IMG/VR virus record: IMGVR_UViG_3300042541_001664 | Coordinates: 1-64,000 of that record | DNA from: a virus | Strand: one strand, 5' to 3' | DNA length: 64,000 bases | Shown here: positions 27,700 through 38,171 of the stretch, piece after piece | Layout of the letters: every line of letters starts with the position of its first letter | Numbering within the stretch: the first letter of the stretch is position 1 | The notes under the pieces: model-generated | What the model was told of the DNA's origin: nothing | Seen by the model: only the letters and a program-made list of their open reading frames with translations | The model's database searches: none | Program-made: the position numbers and the translations under genes

Positions 27700-28749
27700 A
27701 TGAATTTAAATTTCAGTTCAACAGATGTGGCATTAGCTAAAAAAATCAATTTTGATTTGATTGCTAAACACTTCAAAGCATTAGAAGAGGGTAATGACAT
27801 TATTCTGGATTTGCCCCCAACCCAAATACAGGCTTTATCAAAAGCGACTGCATTAAATAATCAACCAAGTTGGGGTTGGAATTTCCTACAAAGCCAGATT
27901 CTCGATGAAAAATTGAAATCTGGTAGTAATTTTAAAAGAAAAATTCTTTATTGTGTTGTTGATACTATGGCTTATCCGACACATACTGCATTAACGTCAG
28001 ATAATCAATTTGTTGATAAGAAGTTTTGTAAAGACTTTACAACTGATAGTACCCAAGATGATGGACACGGACACGGACACCATGTTGCAGGTATTATATT
28101 AGGTAAACATCCGCAATATAAACTTGGTGTTGGCTATGTTAATGGTGTTAATCACGGGGATTTAATTATGGCACAAAAAGGATTAGGTTCTAATGGCGGT
28201 GGATCAACACAAAGTTTAATTAATGCTATAAATCACGGATTAAATGTTTGGAAAGATAATTTTAAAGATTATTTATTGGTGTTTAATTTCTCTTGGGGTG
28301 CAACCACTGAAAATAATGCAATAACTAAAGCTATAAATGAAGCAATAAATAATGGAGCATTTGTTAATGCTGCTGCTGGTAATAATGGAACTGGTTTATT
28401 ATCATTTCCGGGGGGCTTGCAGAATGTCATTTCTTGGGGTGCACACGATAGTAGGGGTAACAAGGCATCTTTCTCGCAATATGGCAACACGCTGGTCGGT
28501 ATTGCCCCTGGTGTACAAATTTGGTCATGTTTTAAAGATAATAATTCTTATGTTAGTTGGGATGGTACATCAATGGCAACACCGCACGGAACAGCAGCAG
28601 TTGGATTATTATTAAAATACAATCCAGATATTAAGAATCAGAATGATTTAAAAGAATACTTGGTAAACAATCTAACTGATGGTGGTAAACCTGGTAGAGA
28701 TGATTGGTATGGTTATGGGTATCCAAAATTCGATAAATTATTTAAGTAA
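27700..28749 (+). CDS. Subtilisin-like S8 serine protease
   Basis: VVDT, HGHHVAG, AAAGN, GTSMATP. Confidence 0.92.
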   Translation: MNLNFSSTDVALAKKINFDLIAKHFKALEEGNDIILDLPPTQIQALSKATALNNQPSWGWNFLQSQILDEKLKSGSNFKRKILYCVVDTMAYPTHTALTSDNQFVDKKFCKDFTTDSTQDDGHGHGHHVAGIILGKHPQYKLGVGYVNGVNHGDLIMAQKGLGSNGGGSTQSLINAINHGLNVWKDNFKDYLLVFNFSWGATTENNAITKAINEAINNGAFVNAAAGNNGTGLLSFPGGLQNVISWGAHDSRGNKASFSQYGNTLVGIAPGVQIWSCFKDNNSYVSWDGTSMATPHGTAAVGLLLKYNPDIKNQNDLKEYLVNNLTDGGKPGRDDWYGYGYPKFDKLFK

Positions 28750-28765
28750 TAAGTTTTGGTTGGGG

Positions 28766-29299
28766 TTATTTGGATTTTATAAACTCTTTAAAAGTTATCC
28801 AGCCCCAATCAAAATATTTTTCATTCACATATTGTGGTTGGTACATAAAAGGACAATCCTTTCCAGAAATATCAAAATGTCTGTAAACATCATCAGCGGT
28901 TAATTTATGCTTTTCAAATAAATGATGTAATAAATTTTTTACATTATTTATGGTTTTTCCCCAATCATTGTCTATATTTACACACATTTCAATGCCAATG
29001 AAATAATCATTTGGACTTCCACCTTGGGGAACTAATGCTTTTCTAACTGGTAGATTGCTTTTTCTTTCTCTATCACCAACATGATAAGCAACTTCATTAT
29101 CTGGTATTAAGTAAATTGTTTCTTTATCATCAACAACATAATGAGTACAACCTATTTTCCAATTATTTTTAAAATAATTCAAATGAGAGGCAGCCCCAGC
29201 ACCACTTCTAGTATTAGCAGTCCAATGAACTATAATACCCTTTAATTTCTTTAATGGTTTTTTTGGGCGTTCTGGGATAAAATTTTCAGTAATTTTCAT
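28766..29299 (-). CDS. N-acetylmuramoyl-L-alanine amidase (Amidase_2)
   Basis: IIVHWTAN, HYVVD, AYHVG, IGIEMC, RHFDISGKDCP; start trimmed to MKITENF. Confidence 0.9.
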   Translation of the reverse strand: MKITENFIPERPKKPLKKLKGIIVHWTANTRSGAGAASHLNYFKNNWKIGCTHYVVDDKETIYLIPDNEVAYHVGDRERKSNLPVRKALVPQGGSPNDYFIGIEMCVNIDNDWGKTINNVKNLLHHLFEKHKLTADDVYRHFDISGKDCPFMYQPQYVNEKYFDWGWITFKEFIKSK

Positions 29300-29394
29300 T
29301 TTATATATATTTATTATAAATATTATGAAATAAAAAATTTTGATTAATAAATTTTTTTCACTAATATTGATATTTATAATTAAAAAACAAAATA

Positions 29395-30141
29395 ATGGCA
29401 AAAACAATAAGATTAACGGAGAATGATTTACAATTAATCATTAGAAGAATTATTTCTGAACAAAATCAAGCAACTATTGCTCAATATAAACAAATATTTG
29501 TTGATTCAGGTAAGATTAGCGAAGAAGTTTATGACGAGATTGTGTCAGCTGCTGGCGGTAAAGGTGCTTATATTAAATGGTTATCTGCAAGAGTTGCTGA
29601 AAAGAAAGTTCTTGAAGAAGATATCTACAAATATGAGGACTATTTCAAATCATTTGATGATGCAAAAAAATCAAATGCAGGTAAAGCGTTTTTCTCTATA
29701 TTAGATATCAATCAGATTAAATCTAGTCGTGATATTAGAGAATTTGAAAAAGCAGCAATTGCTTTCAAAGAGAAAGGTATTGAATTTGGTATGGATGATG
29801 AGCTTGGTAGTAGTGAGAATTTAGTTTCAAAAAATGATTTATTGAAATTAGATGCTGCTGGAATTAAGTTACTAGGCCTTGTTGATGGGTATCAAATATT
29901 TAAAATATCTGACATTTCAAAAGAAACGCATAAGGTATATTGTGATATTTTATTTAAAGCTCAAAAAGGTGCTGAAATTAAATTCTGTACTTTTGGACAT
30001 GGGCATTATAGCAGATATTTAAAAGACTACCCCGGGTCAGCATATTATTTCATATTTAATTTGGGTGATCCTATGGCACCTTATCAATTCCATTATGAGT
30101 CAAATCAATTTATGGATAGAAGAGACCAACAAATATTTTAA
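29395..30141 (+). CDS. Hypothetical protein with LxE leader (MAKTIRLTENDLQLIIRRIISEQ), related to the N-half of 32194..34116
   Basis: KFCT and YQFHYESNQFMDRRD resemble WCTT and YQFQFKKDEFRDVRD; ATATTTAT at 29370-29377. Confidence 0.75.
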   Translation: MAKTIRLTENDLQLIIRRIISEQNQATIAQYKQIFVDSGKISEEVYDEIVSAAGGKGAYIKWLSARVAEKKVLEEDIYKYEDYFKSFDDAKKSNAGKAFFSILDINQIKSSRDIREFEKAAIAFKEKGIEFGMDDELGSSENLVSKNDLLKLDAAGIKLLGLVDGYQIFKISDISKETHKVYCDILFKAQKGAEIKFCTFGHGHYSRYLKDYPGSAYYFIFNLGDPMAPYQFHYESNQFMDRRDQQIF

Positions 30142-30179
30142 GGTATTTAAAAATAACTTAATTAAAAAAAAGGAAATCA

Positions 30180-30452
30180 TTAATCAATGGTTTCCTTTTT
30201 TAATTTATACCCCTCCATACTAATCCATTTCCCAATGATACTCCCAACAATATATACGGGGACTACAGCATAGTTATGGTTAAATAGGTTATCCAATGAA
30301 TAATATGCTGTACACAATGATGTCAAGTTAATCCAAACAGAATTAATCAATAGTCGGTTTAACTTATTTTCATAGGTGTATTTTATTTCCAATGTTTTAA
30401 AAATATTAAAAACAATTTGAAATATAAAAATTAAAATATATTCAAAAATCAT
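30180..30452 (-). CDS. Small membrane protein
   Basis: About 3 hydrophobic segments; YIVGSIIGKW. Confidence 0.65.
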   Translation of the reverse strand: MIFEYILIFIFQIVFNIFKTLEIKYTYENKLNRLLINSVWINLTSLCTAYYSLDNLFNHNYAVVPVYIVGSIIGKWISMEGYKLKKETID

Positions 30453-31228
30453 TACTTTGTTATACGAAGTCCAGCGCCAATCGAAAAGTCTGGGTTTATT
30501 GGGTCTATATCAAACTTAATAACAATTTTCTTAAAGTCAAATAACCCCCCAAATTTAATTCCAACAAAACTCTTACCAAATTTTGGAAATGAATATGATT
30601 TGCTGCCATTTAAAACTGCCAAGTCATCAATAAACTGATAATTAACAACTCTACTACCAAAACCAACTGAAATAAACGGTGAAATAAAGCCTATACGTTG
30701 GCCATATCCAGCATAAATCCTATAACCCTTCTCTATATCCTTTAATCGCTCATCATTCCACTGGATGGCATTCTGTATGTTAATATTGGAATAAAATTCA
30801 CTATTATCTAGGTTTGGTCTAAACATAACATCCGCAATAAAGAATTTATCTTCACCAATTGTGGTAAATAACCCATAAAGTCTTGTTGATTTGGATAAAC
30901 CAATAGTTCCATTGAATGGTTTAAGTGGAGCATATGGTAATCCTGTATATGTTGGGGAATATTGGTGATATCTCCTAGTATCTCTACCAATATATCTGGT
31001 AATTTGGTTTGGATTATAATATGGGTTGACATTATAAAATCCGTTATCCATAAATCTTGGATTTTCTTGAATTATAACAACATTTGGTGTTTTAGGTGCA
31101 AATTTTTCATTCCTAATGCTTTGTTTTTCCCTCAATTCTTCACTTTTTGACATTTCTGTCTTTTGTTTGGAATTATCTTGCCCAATAACCATTATTGGAA
31201 ATAATAATAAGAGTATTAAATTTTTCAT
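30452..31228 (-). CDS. Secreted protein, possibly an outer-membrane beta-barrel
   Basis: Signal peptide ending G-Q; alternating beta-strand pattern; C-terminal FSIGAGLRI. Confidence 0.6.
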   Translation of the reverse strand: MKNLILLLLFPIMVIGQDNSKQKTEMSKSEELREKQSIRNEKFAPKTPNVVIIQENPRFMDNGFYNVNPYYNPNQITRYIGRDTRRYHQYSPTYTGLPYAPLKPFNGTIGLSKSTRLYGLFTTIGEDKFFIADVMFRPNLDNSEFYSNINIQNAIQWNDERLKDIEKGYRIYAGYGQRIGFISPFISVGFGSRVVNYQFIDDLAVLNGSKSYSFPKFGKSFVGIKFGGLFDFKKIVIKFDIDPINPDFSIGAGLRITK

Positions 31229-31322
31229 ATGTAGTTTTATTATAAATATGAGTAATTAAAGCAATAAAATAAATTAATTTTAACAATATTAATATTTGTA
31301 ATATATTTATTTTATAAAAAAG

Positions 31323-32030
31323 ATGAAAATAAGTGATTATTTAACAATTGTTATCCCATGTAAAAATGAAAAGAATGTAATAATAGACTGTTTAACTTAT
31401 TTGGATAAACAAACTGATATTTTAGGAACAAATGTTTATATTTGTGACTCATCTAATGATAGAATTACAAAAAGTTTGATAAAATTAAATGAATTTAATA
31501 ATTTGAATATCGAAATGCTGTCTGGGGGGTTACCTGCGAAGGCTAGAAACATAGGTTTTAAACGTTCAAATACAATTTATACATTATTTCTGGATGCTGA
31601 TGTTTTTTTGAAAGATAAAAATTTATTATTAAATTGTGTGAATGATTCATTAGATAATTACTTAGATTTGCTTACCGTTAAATTTAAAACATTAAATGGT
31701 AAATATGATTTTGTTTATATTATGCTTGATTTTTTAAGGAAAATGGTTTCAAGGATATCCCCATTTTGTCTAGGCGGATTTATGTTTTTTAGAACATTAA
31801 AATTACGTGAATTGGGTGGATTTAATAATGAATGTGTTTTTGCTGAAGATTATGAGTTAAGCAAAAGAGTTGAACCAAAGAAATTTAAAGTTAGTAAGCA
31901 ATACGCTTATACATTAAATAGAAGATTTGAATCCAAAGGTATTTATTATATGGGTAAAATGCTTTTTAAGTCTTTTATAAATAGGAATAATCCAGAATTC
32001 TTTAAACAATCGCATAAATATTGGGATTAA
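31323..32030 (+). CDS. Glycosyltransferase family 2
   Basis: TIVIPCKNE, ARNIG, FLDAD, GGF...AEDYEL. Confidence 0.9.
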   Translation: MKISDYLTIVIPCKNEKNVIIDCLTYLDKQTDILGTNVYICDSSNDRITKSLIKLNEFNNLNIEMLSGGLPAKARNIGFKRSNTIYTLFLDADVFLKDKNLLLNCVNDSLDNYLDLLTVKFKTLNGKYDFVYIMLDFLRKMVSRISPFCLGGFMFFRTLKLRELGGFNNECVFAEDYELSKRVEPKKFKVSKQYAYTLNRRFESKGIYYMGKMLFKSFINRNNPEFFKQSHKYWD

Positions 32031-32031
32031 T

Positions 32032-32187
32032 ATGAAATTAATTAATGTTGCAAAAAGTTTAATCTTGGAGGCATCTGCAAAGGATGTTTTGGTTAATAAG
32101 TTAAAATTAAGTGATGAAGCTGCTGATTTCTTTGTTGAAAATTTTTATGAACTATGTTCAGAATATAATATACCAATTGAAAAATAA
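32032..32187 (+). CDS. 51-aa ORF that is mostly an LxE leader (possible truncated gene), not in the ORF track
   Basis: MKLINVAKSLILEASAKDVLVNKLKLSDEAADFFVENFYELCSEYNIPIEK*. Confidence 0.55.
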   Translation: MKLINVAKSLILEASAKDVLVNKLKLSDEAADFFVENFYELCSEYNIPIEK

Positions 32188-32193
32188 AAAAAT

Positions 32194-34116
32194 ATGAAAC
32201 TATTAAACTCTTTAAAATCCATAATTTCTGAAGCAAAGTCTTTGGAAGAAATTTATAACCAGTATTATAGTGATATACCTTTGCAAATATTTACTAGAAT
32301 TATAAAGGCAGATCCCAAAACGGTTGTTAAAAATGATAAAATAGTAAAAGTTGGTAAATATGCCAAAATATTACTAAACATTTATAAAATTGGTAATATG
32401 CCAAATCTTGAAAATTTGGTTGAAGCCACCAGATACTTAAAAATAGTTTATGATAAAAATTTGAGTATTGATATTAAGAATATCAAGCAAATATCAGATT
32501 TATATGATATTGTAAAAAAGTATATTGTATCTATTGAAACACCCATAAGGGAAATTTTAAAAGAATTGCCAAAAGATTCATATAAACTTCTGCATAATGG
32601 AGAAAATTGGGTTGTTTTTAGACCTTTAACAGAGAAGGCAGCAGCCTGGCTTGGTGTTGGTTCATCTTGGTGTACAACTTGGGGTAAATATAGTTTAGAC
32701 CCAGCATACAAGAGTAGAGCCAACTTATTTACAACATACAATTATGCACCAATATATATTATGATTGATAAGAGTGATGAAAAACACAAATACCAATTTC
32801 AATTTAAAAAGGATGAATTTAGAGATGTTAGAGATGGAATGATAAATGTGAAAAAGTTTTTTAATGACCATCAAGAATTGAGGGAATTTTATTTTCCTTT
32901 ATTATTAAATAAAGAAGGTGTTTTTACTGAAGAAGAACAATTTGAAAGATTAAATACCCTTCCAGATATGTTTTCAGGTAAAATACAATCCATTAGAATT
33001 GAAAGATTGATTGAATCTGGTATAACTAATAAAATTGCTTTGGCATTTGCCAATAATGATACTTATAGCCAATTAACAGAAGATGATGAAGAGGAAGGAA
33101 TAATACCACTTATTAGTGATAGAAATTTTTATGATATATCATATGATGGGTCAAACATTGATTTTGAAATTATAGGATCTTTCAAAAAAATTGGAAATTA
33201 TTCTTCAATTGAGAATTTAAAAAATCATATTGATTACCTAGAAGGATTAAAAAGAAATACTAATTTATCTGAGGAGATATATGAAGAAAGATATGATTTT
33301 GGTGATGTTGTAAAAGACTATGTGGATGATTATTTTGAAAAAAATAGTTCGGATATAAAGTATAGGAATTACAATTTCCCAACATTAGATAGATTTAAAC
33401 AATATTTTTTAAATATTATAAGTAATAGAAAGTCAAGTTATTTTGATAAAATATTTGATAAATGGTCAGATAAAACATATGATGCAACCATATCAAGTTA
33501 TAATGGTGCTATAGAAAATGATTTAGATTCTATAAAAAAATATGCATTTATAAGCGAATCAGGATATTATTCACGTACACAAGTTTTGAGTGTGAATTCT
33601 TATGAGTTTATCCAATATGTTAATAGACAAAGAATCGACCAAATAACTGATATCTGCCAACTTTTTGAAGATTATATTGATTATGCTGATATTGTAACTG
33701 ATGAATGGTATGTTGAGTTTGATAGAGTATATCCCTCATCTGAAGATATGTATCCAGTTATTGCAGATGTATTAGAAAATGTCATTATAGAAGAATTTGG
33801 ATCTGTGGATGACCCAAATCCAGAAAGTCTAAAAATTAGAATGAAATTAGTGGAAATAATTGAAAAATATTTTAAGGAAAATAAGGGATATGATTGGAAA
33901 TATAGGGAATATCCCAATATTTTTGATGGAACACTTGTAAAGATATATTTAAACCCACAAATTGATTTTGATGATTCAACTGTTAAAATAATCTTGATTG
34001 ATAAGAAAACAAAAAATGAATATACTGGAAATATGCCTATTGATGAATTATATAATACTATGTTTAATTACAAACTAGATTTATTTTTGGATAATACTGA
34101 TGCCAAGGAAGTCTAA
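32194..34116 (+). CDS. Large protein with LxE leader (MKLLNSLKSIISEA) and WCT-motif domain
   Basis: 640 aa ORF; GSSWCTTWG, KYQFQF. Confidence 0.8.
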   Translation: MKLLNSLKSIISEAKSLEEIYNQYYSDIPLQIFTRIIKADPKTVVKNDKIVKVGKYAKILLNIYKIGNMPNLENLVEATRYLKIVYDKNLSIDIKNIKQISDLYDIVKKYIVSIETPIREILKELPKDSYKLLHNGENWVVFRPLTEKAAAWLGVGSSWCTTWGKYSLDPAYKSRANLFTTYNYAPIYIMIDKSDEKHKYQFQFKKDEFRDVRDGMINVKKFFNDHQELREFYFPLLLNKEGVFTEEEQFERLNTLPDMFSGKIQSIRIERLIESGITNKIALAFANNDTYSQLTEDDEEEGIIPLISDRNFYDISYDGSNIDFEIIGSFKKIGNYSSIENLKNHIDYLEGLKRNTNLSEEIYEERYDFGDVVKDYVDDYFEKNSSDIKYRNYNFPTLDRFKQYFLNIISNRKSSYFDKIFDKWSDKTYDATISSYNGAIENDLDSIKKYAFISESGYYSRTQVLSVNSYEFIQYVNRQRIDQITDICQLFEDYIDYADIVTDEWYVEFDRVYPSSEDMYPVIADVLENVIIEEFGSVDDPNPESLKIRMKLVEIIEKYFKENKGYDWKYREYPNIFDGTLVKIYLNPQIDFDDSTVKIILIDKKTKNEYTGNMPIDELYNTMFNYKLDLFLDNTDAKEV

Positions 34117-34119
34117 ATG

Positions 34120-34155
34120 AAAAACCCCCAGACAAATTATGCTTGGGGGTTTTTT
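34120..34155. terminator. Bidirectional terminator
   Basis: AAAAACCCCCAG...TTGGGGGTTTTT between convergent genes. Confidence 0.75.
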
Positions 34156-34156
34156 A

Positions 34157-35020
34157 TTAAAGTAATCTACTTATTTTTTCTGCTAATTCGCTAATAAGAT
34201 ATTTTGAACTATTTTGAAAATATCTAAAATGGTCAAAACGCAAGTAATTTTCATTAAATTCATCTTTTGGTAAAACCATATCTTTTTTAAAGTCAAATCT
34301 TGTAATACCTTCTGGGTTTTTATATCCCTTTGTAAAATCTTTATTGAGGGTGCTTATGGTCTCTAATTCATCATCCTTTGGATTATATGCGTGAAATGGT
34401 CTACCTTTAACTTTAGTCATAAATTGGGCTTCATCTCCAAAGTTATAATGTGAAAATGTATCTGTGTCATCTAATCCAGGATATGATGTATTATTTGTTC
34501 CATATAAATATTTACTTCCACTATCCTTTTCAAAAATCATTACAGCATCTTGGCAAAATAGTTTTCCTAATTTTATAATGTTATCAATAAACTTGGGGTC
34601 TTCATTAAGATTTACAACAAACAAAGAATCTTCTTTTTTTTCTTTAGGTTCTGCTCTTACAATAACTTCTCCTGATTCTGCATCCAATTCTTTTTGTTTA
34701 TCACTAATATAATTTTCAATATAATTACCTTTAACATTTGTTATGGCATACTTGTTATTTAACAAAAAGGCTTTAAGTGCCTTATTTCTTCCTTTGTTGT
34801 CAGATATATTTATTTTTGTTAAATCTTCTGTATCATATAAACAATTAACTAATTCATCCCTAAATGCTGTTATGATTGCACAATCATACTTTTTAGTAAG
34901 ACTTAATACCCTACTCATAGATGATTCAGTTAGGATTTCTGGAACTTTTGGTTTGTTATTTAAATGTGAATAGTCAGTTTCATTCAATAACTTATTAAAT
35001 TTGTCTATTAAATCTCTCAT
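34157..35020 (-). CDS. Phage hypothetical protein with leader (LLNE, ILTESSMSRV)
   Basis: 287 aa; ATATTTAT at 35033-35040. Confidence 0.75.
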   Translation of the reverse strand: MRDLIDKFNKLLNETDYSHLNNKPKVPEILTESSMSRVLSLTKKYDCAIITAFRDELVNCLYDTEDLTKINISDNKGRNKALKAFLLNNKYAITNVKGNYIENYISDKQKELDAESGEVIVRAEPKEKKEDSLFVVNLNEDPKFIDNIIKLGKLFCQDAVMIFEKDSGSKYLYGTNNTSYPGLDDTDTFSHYNFGDEAQFMTKVKGRPFHAYNPKDDELETISTLNKDFTKGYKNPEGITRFDFKKDMVLPKDEFNENYLRFDHFRYFQNSSKYLISELAEKISRLL

Positions 35021-35101
35021 TTGTTTTTCTAAATAAATATTACCAATGCTAAAATATATGAAAAAGCCTGCTAATAAGCAAACTTTTCCACATAAAAATG
35101 G

Positions 35102-35314
35102 TTATTTTTCAATAAACATATTTGTTTGGTTTACTGGAAACCTAGCGACTGGATAAGTCTTTTCGTCTTCATCTTTTTGTTTAACTTCATAATATCCATC
35201 ATAAATTTTAACTGTTGGTACAGAATTAAATTTACAAATGAGGGTACCTTCAGATTTTTGACCTTCAAAAACTCTAACAGTTTTTTCTGTTGTGTTAAAT
35301 AGTAATGTTTGCAT
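35102..35314 (-). CDS. Hypothetical protein
   Basis: 70 aa ORF. Confidence 0.65.
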   Translation of the reverse strand: MQTLLFNTTEKTVRVFEGQKSEGTLICKFNSVPTVKIYDGYYEVKQKDEDEKTYPVARFPVNQTNMFIEK

Positions 35315-35387
35315 TGTTTTGTTTTTAAATTTTATAAGACATATTGTCTATTGGTTAAGTATATCATAATTTACAATTAAATCAATA

Positions 35388-36041
35388 TCATCCTACAACA
35401 TTTACCAATTCTTCTGTGTGGTGGTCAAATCCCATATCTGACGCAATTGGTTGTTTATTTAGAATAGAAAGAACCTCTTTAAAATTATATGGCCTAAACT
35501 CTGGGTGTCCATCCATCCCCACGTCCATTCTTTTGCCTTTTCCGAGCCTTTTATTGGTTGGAAGGTGGCAGTGTCCGTGTAAGTGTATAACCCCCTTGTT
35601 TAAGCCATTCCAGGATGCTATGGGGTAGTGGCAAAGGACAAATTTATTATTATCAAACTCAAGTTCAACATAGGAGTTAACGCTCATAAATAATCTCTGG
35701 ATGTTATCTTTGTTTTTCTCAATGTGGTCATCGTGATTTCCAAGAACAAGGTGGATATTCTTGCAAACTAGTCGATTGTGAAATTCTGCTATGCTATCAA
35801 ACCCACCAAATGACCAGTCGCCCAAGCATATTAATATGTCATCTTGATTTACAATTGCATTTATGTTGTTAACAATAGCGGCATTCATTTTCTCAATTGA
35901 TTCAAAATCCCTTGTGTTCTCTGTTGGGACTTGACCATCTTTGGTTCTCCAATTGGTTGTTCCCCTACATATGTTATTGTGGTTATAGTGGGGATCACTA
36001 AAAATCCAAATTTGCCTTTCTTTTTTAATTTTTAACTTCAT
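35388..36041 (-). CDS. Calcineurin-like metallophosphoesterase (phage type)
   Basis: SDPH, LGD, LGNHD, CHYP, LHGHCH, DVGMD; TATCTTTG at 36064-36071. Confidence 0.9.
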   Translation of the reverse strand: MKLKIKKERQIWIFSDPHYNHNNICRGTTNWRTKDGQVPTENTRDFESIEKMNAAIVNNINAIVNQDDILICLGDWSFGGFDSIAEFHNRLVCKNIHLVLGNHDDHIEKNKDNIQRLFMSVNSYVELEFDNNKFVLCHYPIASWNGLNKGVIHLHGHCHLPTNKRLGKGKRMDVGMDGHPEFRPYNFKEVLSILNKQPIASDMGFDHHTEELVNVVG

Positions 36042-36113
36042 TTTGTTTTGTTTTGGTGTGATGCAAAGATACAAAAAAAATGGAAATAATGATATATTTA
36101 TATAAAAAAAATT

Positions 36114-36569
36114 ATGAAAACAATAAGATTAACAGAATCTGATTTAAATAAAATAATAAGAAGAATTATATATGAACAAGATGACCAGACATTCGACCAA
36201 ATGTTAGATACTATAGAAAAATCAATAACAATAAAACCAAATAGTATTAATAGATTTTCTAAATCAATAAATTGGGGGTATAATAATACAAATGTAACAT
36301 ACCCCTGGCGTTACAGTATTTCTTTTACTTTTGAAGGTGCAAATAATTTTATTACAATAGAATTAGCTGTTTCACCATCGACAACAACTATATCTAAAGA
36401 ACTTAGAGCCATTTTAAATACTTACCCAGATATTTCAAAAGAAATATTAGGTGGGGGAGACCGATTTATGTTAACTTATAATTTTAATATGGACAAATTA
36501 AATACCGTTATTGAATTCAGTAAAAAAATATTACAAGTTTGTAGTAAATTTACAACTGGTAGAATTTAA
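36114..36569 (+). CDS. Hypothetical protein with LxE leader (MKTIRLTESDLNKIIRRIIYEQ)
   Basis: ATATTTAT at 36094-36101. Confidence 0.75.
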   Translation: MKTIRLTESDLNKIIRRIIYEQDDQTFDQMLDTIEKSITIKPNSINRFSKSINWGYNNTNVTYPWRYSISFTFEGANNFITIELAVSPSTTTISKELRAILNTYPDISKEILGGGDRFMLTYNFNMDKLNTVIEFSKKILQVCSKFTTGRI

Positions 36570-37030
36570 TTAAACCAATAAGGAATTTCTCTATTTTTCC
36601 AAGTGGCAAAACCTTTTTTTTCGCCAATATAGTAGTTTCTATATGATTGAACAAAATCATCAACTTTATATTGGTCTGGCATAGCCAAAGCTGGTGGGGT
36701 AAACCCAATATCTGGAATATTTGGCAAATTATTCAAACACCATTGAATCACATCAGTTGATTTGTGGTGTTTGTTGTATCTATATGTATATTCTTTTGAT
36801 AATTCAAGCCCAAGTTCACACAAATATAAATAATTTGTTAAAGATGTTCTGCACCAGATAGAACATGGATGATTTTTATGTGCCAACTTATATGGTGGTT
36901 CACCATCTCCACATAAATGGTTCGCTGAACATAGCAATTGTGCGGTTTCTAATATCATCTTAACAACATGTTTATCACAATGATATTGAGCGTTTATTTG
37001 GGGATTTTCATCCAATAAGAATATGTTCAT
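36566..37030 (-). CDS. Pyrimidine-dimer DNA glycosylase-like protein
   Basis: MNIF.LD...HCDKHVVKMILETAQLL, HKNHPCSIW, YRNYY; TATATTTG at 37042-37049. Confidence 0.8.
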   Translation of the reverse strand: MNIFLLDENPQINAQYHCDKHVVKMILETAQLLCSANHLCGDGEPPYKLAHKNHPCSIWCRTSLTNYLYLCELGLELSKEYTYRYNKHHKSTDVIQWCLNNLPNIPDIGFTPPALAMPDQYKVDDFVQSYRNYYIGEKKGFATWKNREIPYWFN

Positions 37031-37094
37031 GTTTTTTTTTGCAAATATACAAAAATTTTGAATAGTTGGTAATATTTATAATAAAATTAAAACT

Positions 37095-37604
37095 ATGAAT
37101 TCTTATTTTTTTAAAATAACAGATGAAGAGAAAACAAATATTCTAAGCAAACACAGAGAATTATATGATGGCTATGTTTCTATGCAAAAAAAACAAAGCC
37201 CACAACAAATAAGTGTGTATAATGACATTAGCGATAACAAAGGTTTTACCTTAAAAAATAGCGATATTATAAGGGAAAGCAAAGATAATATGTGCGAGCA
37301 ATGTGGCAGCAAAATGAACGAAAAGGAATGTCCTGAATGTGGTGCTATGAACGAAAATTGGGATACAGAGGATTTAAATTTAGATAATTCTATGGATTTT
37401 ATTGAAAGTGAAGAGTATCTATATGAACTAAATATTGAGGAGAATAAAAAATACTCCCCAATAATGGAATCTTTTATTAGAATTGCTAGTGAAATGAATT
37501 TAATTTATGAAACCCCAAAAGTTAATAAAACAATCAAATCTAATCGTTTAAATGAAGAATTAGATAATATTAAAAGTTTTATGACTAAAATTAATGCTTA
37601 TTAA
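37095..37604 (+). CDS. Hypothetical protein with leader, small Cys-rich zinc-ribbon segment and C-terminal tag
   Basis: ITDEEKTNIL; CEQC...CPEC; LNEELDNIKSFM; ATATTTAT at 37072-37079. Confidence 0.7.
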   Translation: MNSYFFKITDEEKTNILSKHRELYDGYVSMQKKQSPQQISVYNDISDNKGFTLKNSDIIRESKDNMCEQCGSKMNEKECPECGAMNENWDTEDLNLDNSMDFIESEEYLYELNIEENKKYSPIMESFIRIASEMNLIYETPKVNKTIKSNRLNEELDNIKSFMTKINAY

Positions 37605-37615
37605 AAACCATTATA

Positions 37616-37915
37616 ATGGAGATTAAAGAACTTATTACATTTTTTGTTGATAAAGAGGTAAATATTTTAGATGTGACTTTTAGATTAATAGACGATTTGG
37701 ATGATACAATTAGACAATGCCAAATTGATTATGATTTAGCCGAAGAATATGGTTATTCATTAACAAATTCTTATTTATATTTTCCAGATAATGAAAATGA
37801 TTTAGATATGGAAGAATTTGATGAGAATGAGGTGGATAAAAATGAACTTATAAATTTTTTAACAGAATACTTCACTATAAACCCAGATCAATTACCAAAA
37901 ACGCAAAACTATTAA
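37616..37915 (+). CDS. Acidic hypothetical protein
   Basis: 99 aa ORF. Confidence 0.7.
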   Translation: MEIKELITFFVDKEVNILDVTFRLIDDLDDTIRQCQIDYDLAEEYGYSLTNSYLYFPDNENDLDMEEFDENEVDKNELINFLTEYFTINPDQLPKTQNY

Positions 37916-37917
37916 AT

Positions 37918-38166
37918 ATGAAATCTAAAAAACAATTTGGCGAACAAGAAGACGCAGCAGCCGCTTCTACTAATAGTACGCCAGCAACTGGTGGTGGAAC
38001 ACCAGCAAGTAAATGGGACTCAGGTGTTGTCAGAGGAAAAGCAAACCCCGTTGATAGCAAATCAAAATGGGATTCAGGCGCAGCCAGAGGTAAAGCAAAC
38101 CCTATTGATAGCAAATCAAAATGGGAATCAGGTTTAACTAGGGGAAAAGCAAATCCTTTAAATTAA
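37918..38166 (+). CDS. Small protein with three 18-aa repeats (KW(D/E)SGxxRGKANP)
   Basis: 54-bp nucleotide period at 38011, 38065 and 38119. Confidence 0.7.
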   Translation: MKSKKQFGEQEDAAAASTNSTPATGGGTPASKWDSGVVRGKANPVDSKSKWDSGAARGKANPIDSKSKWESGLTRGKANPLN

Positions 38167-38171
38167 AAATT

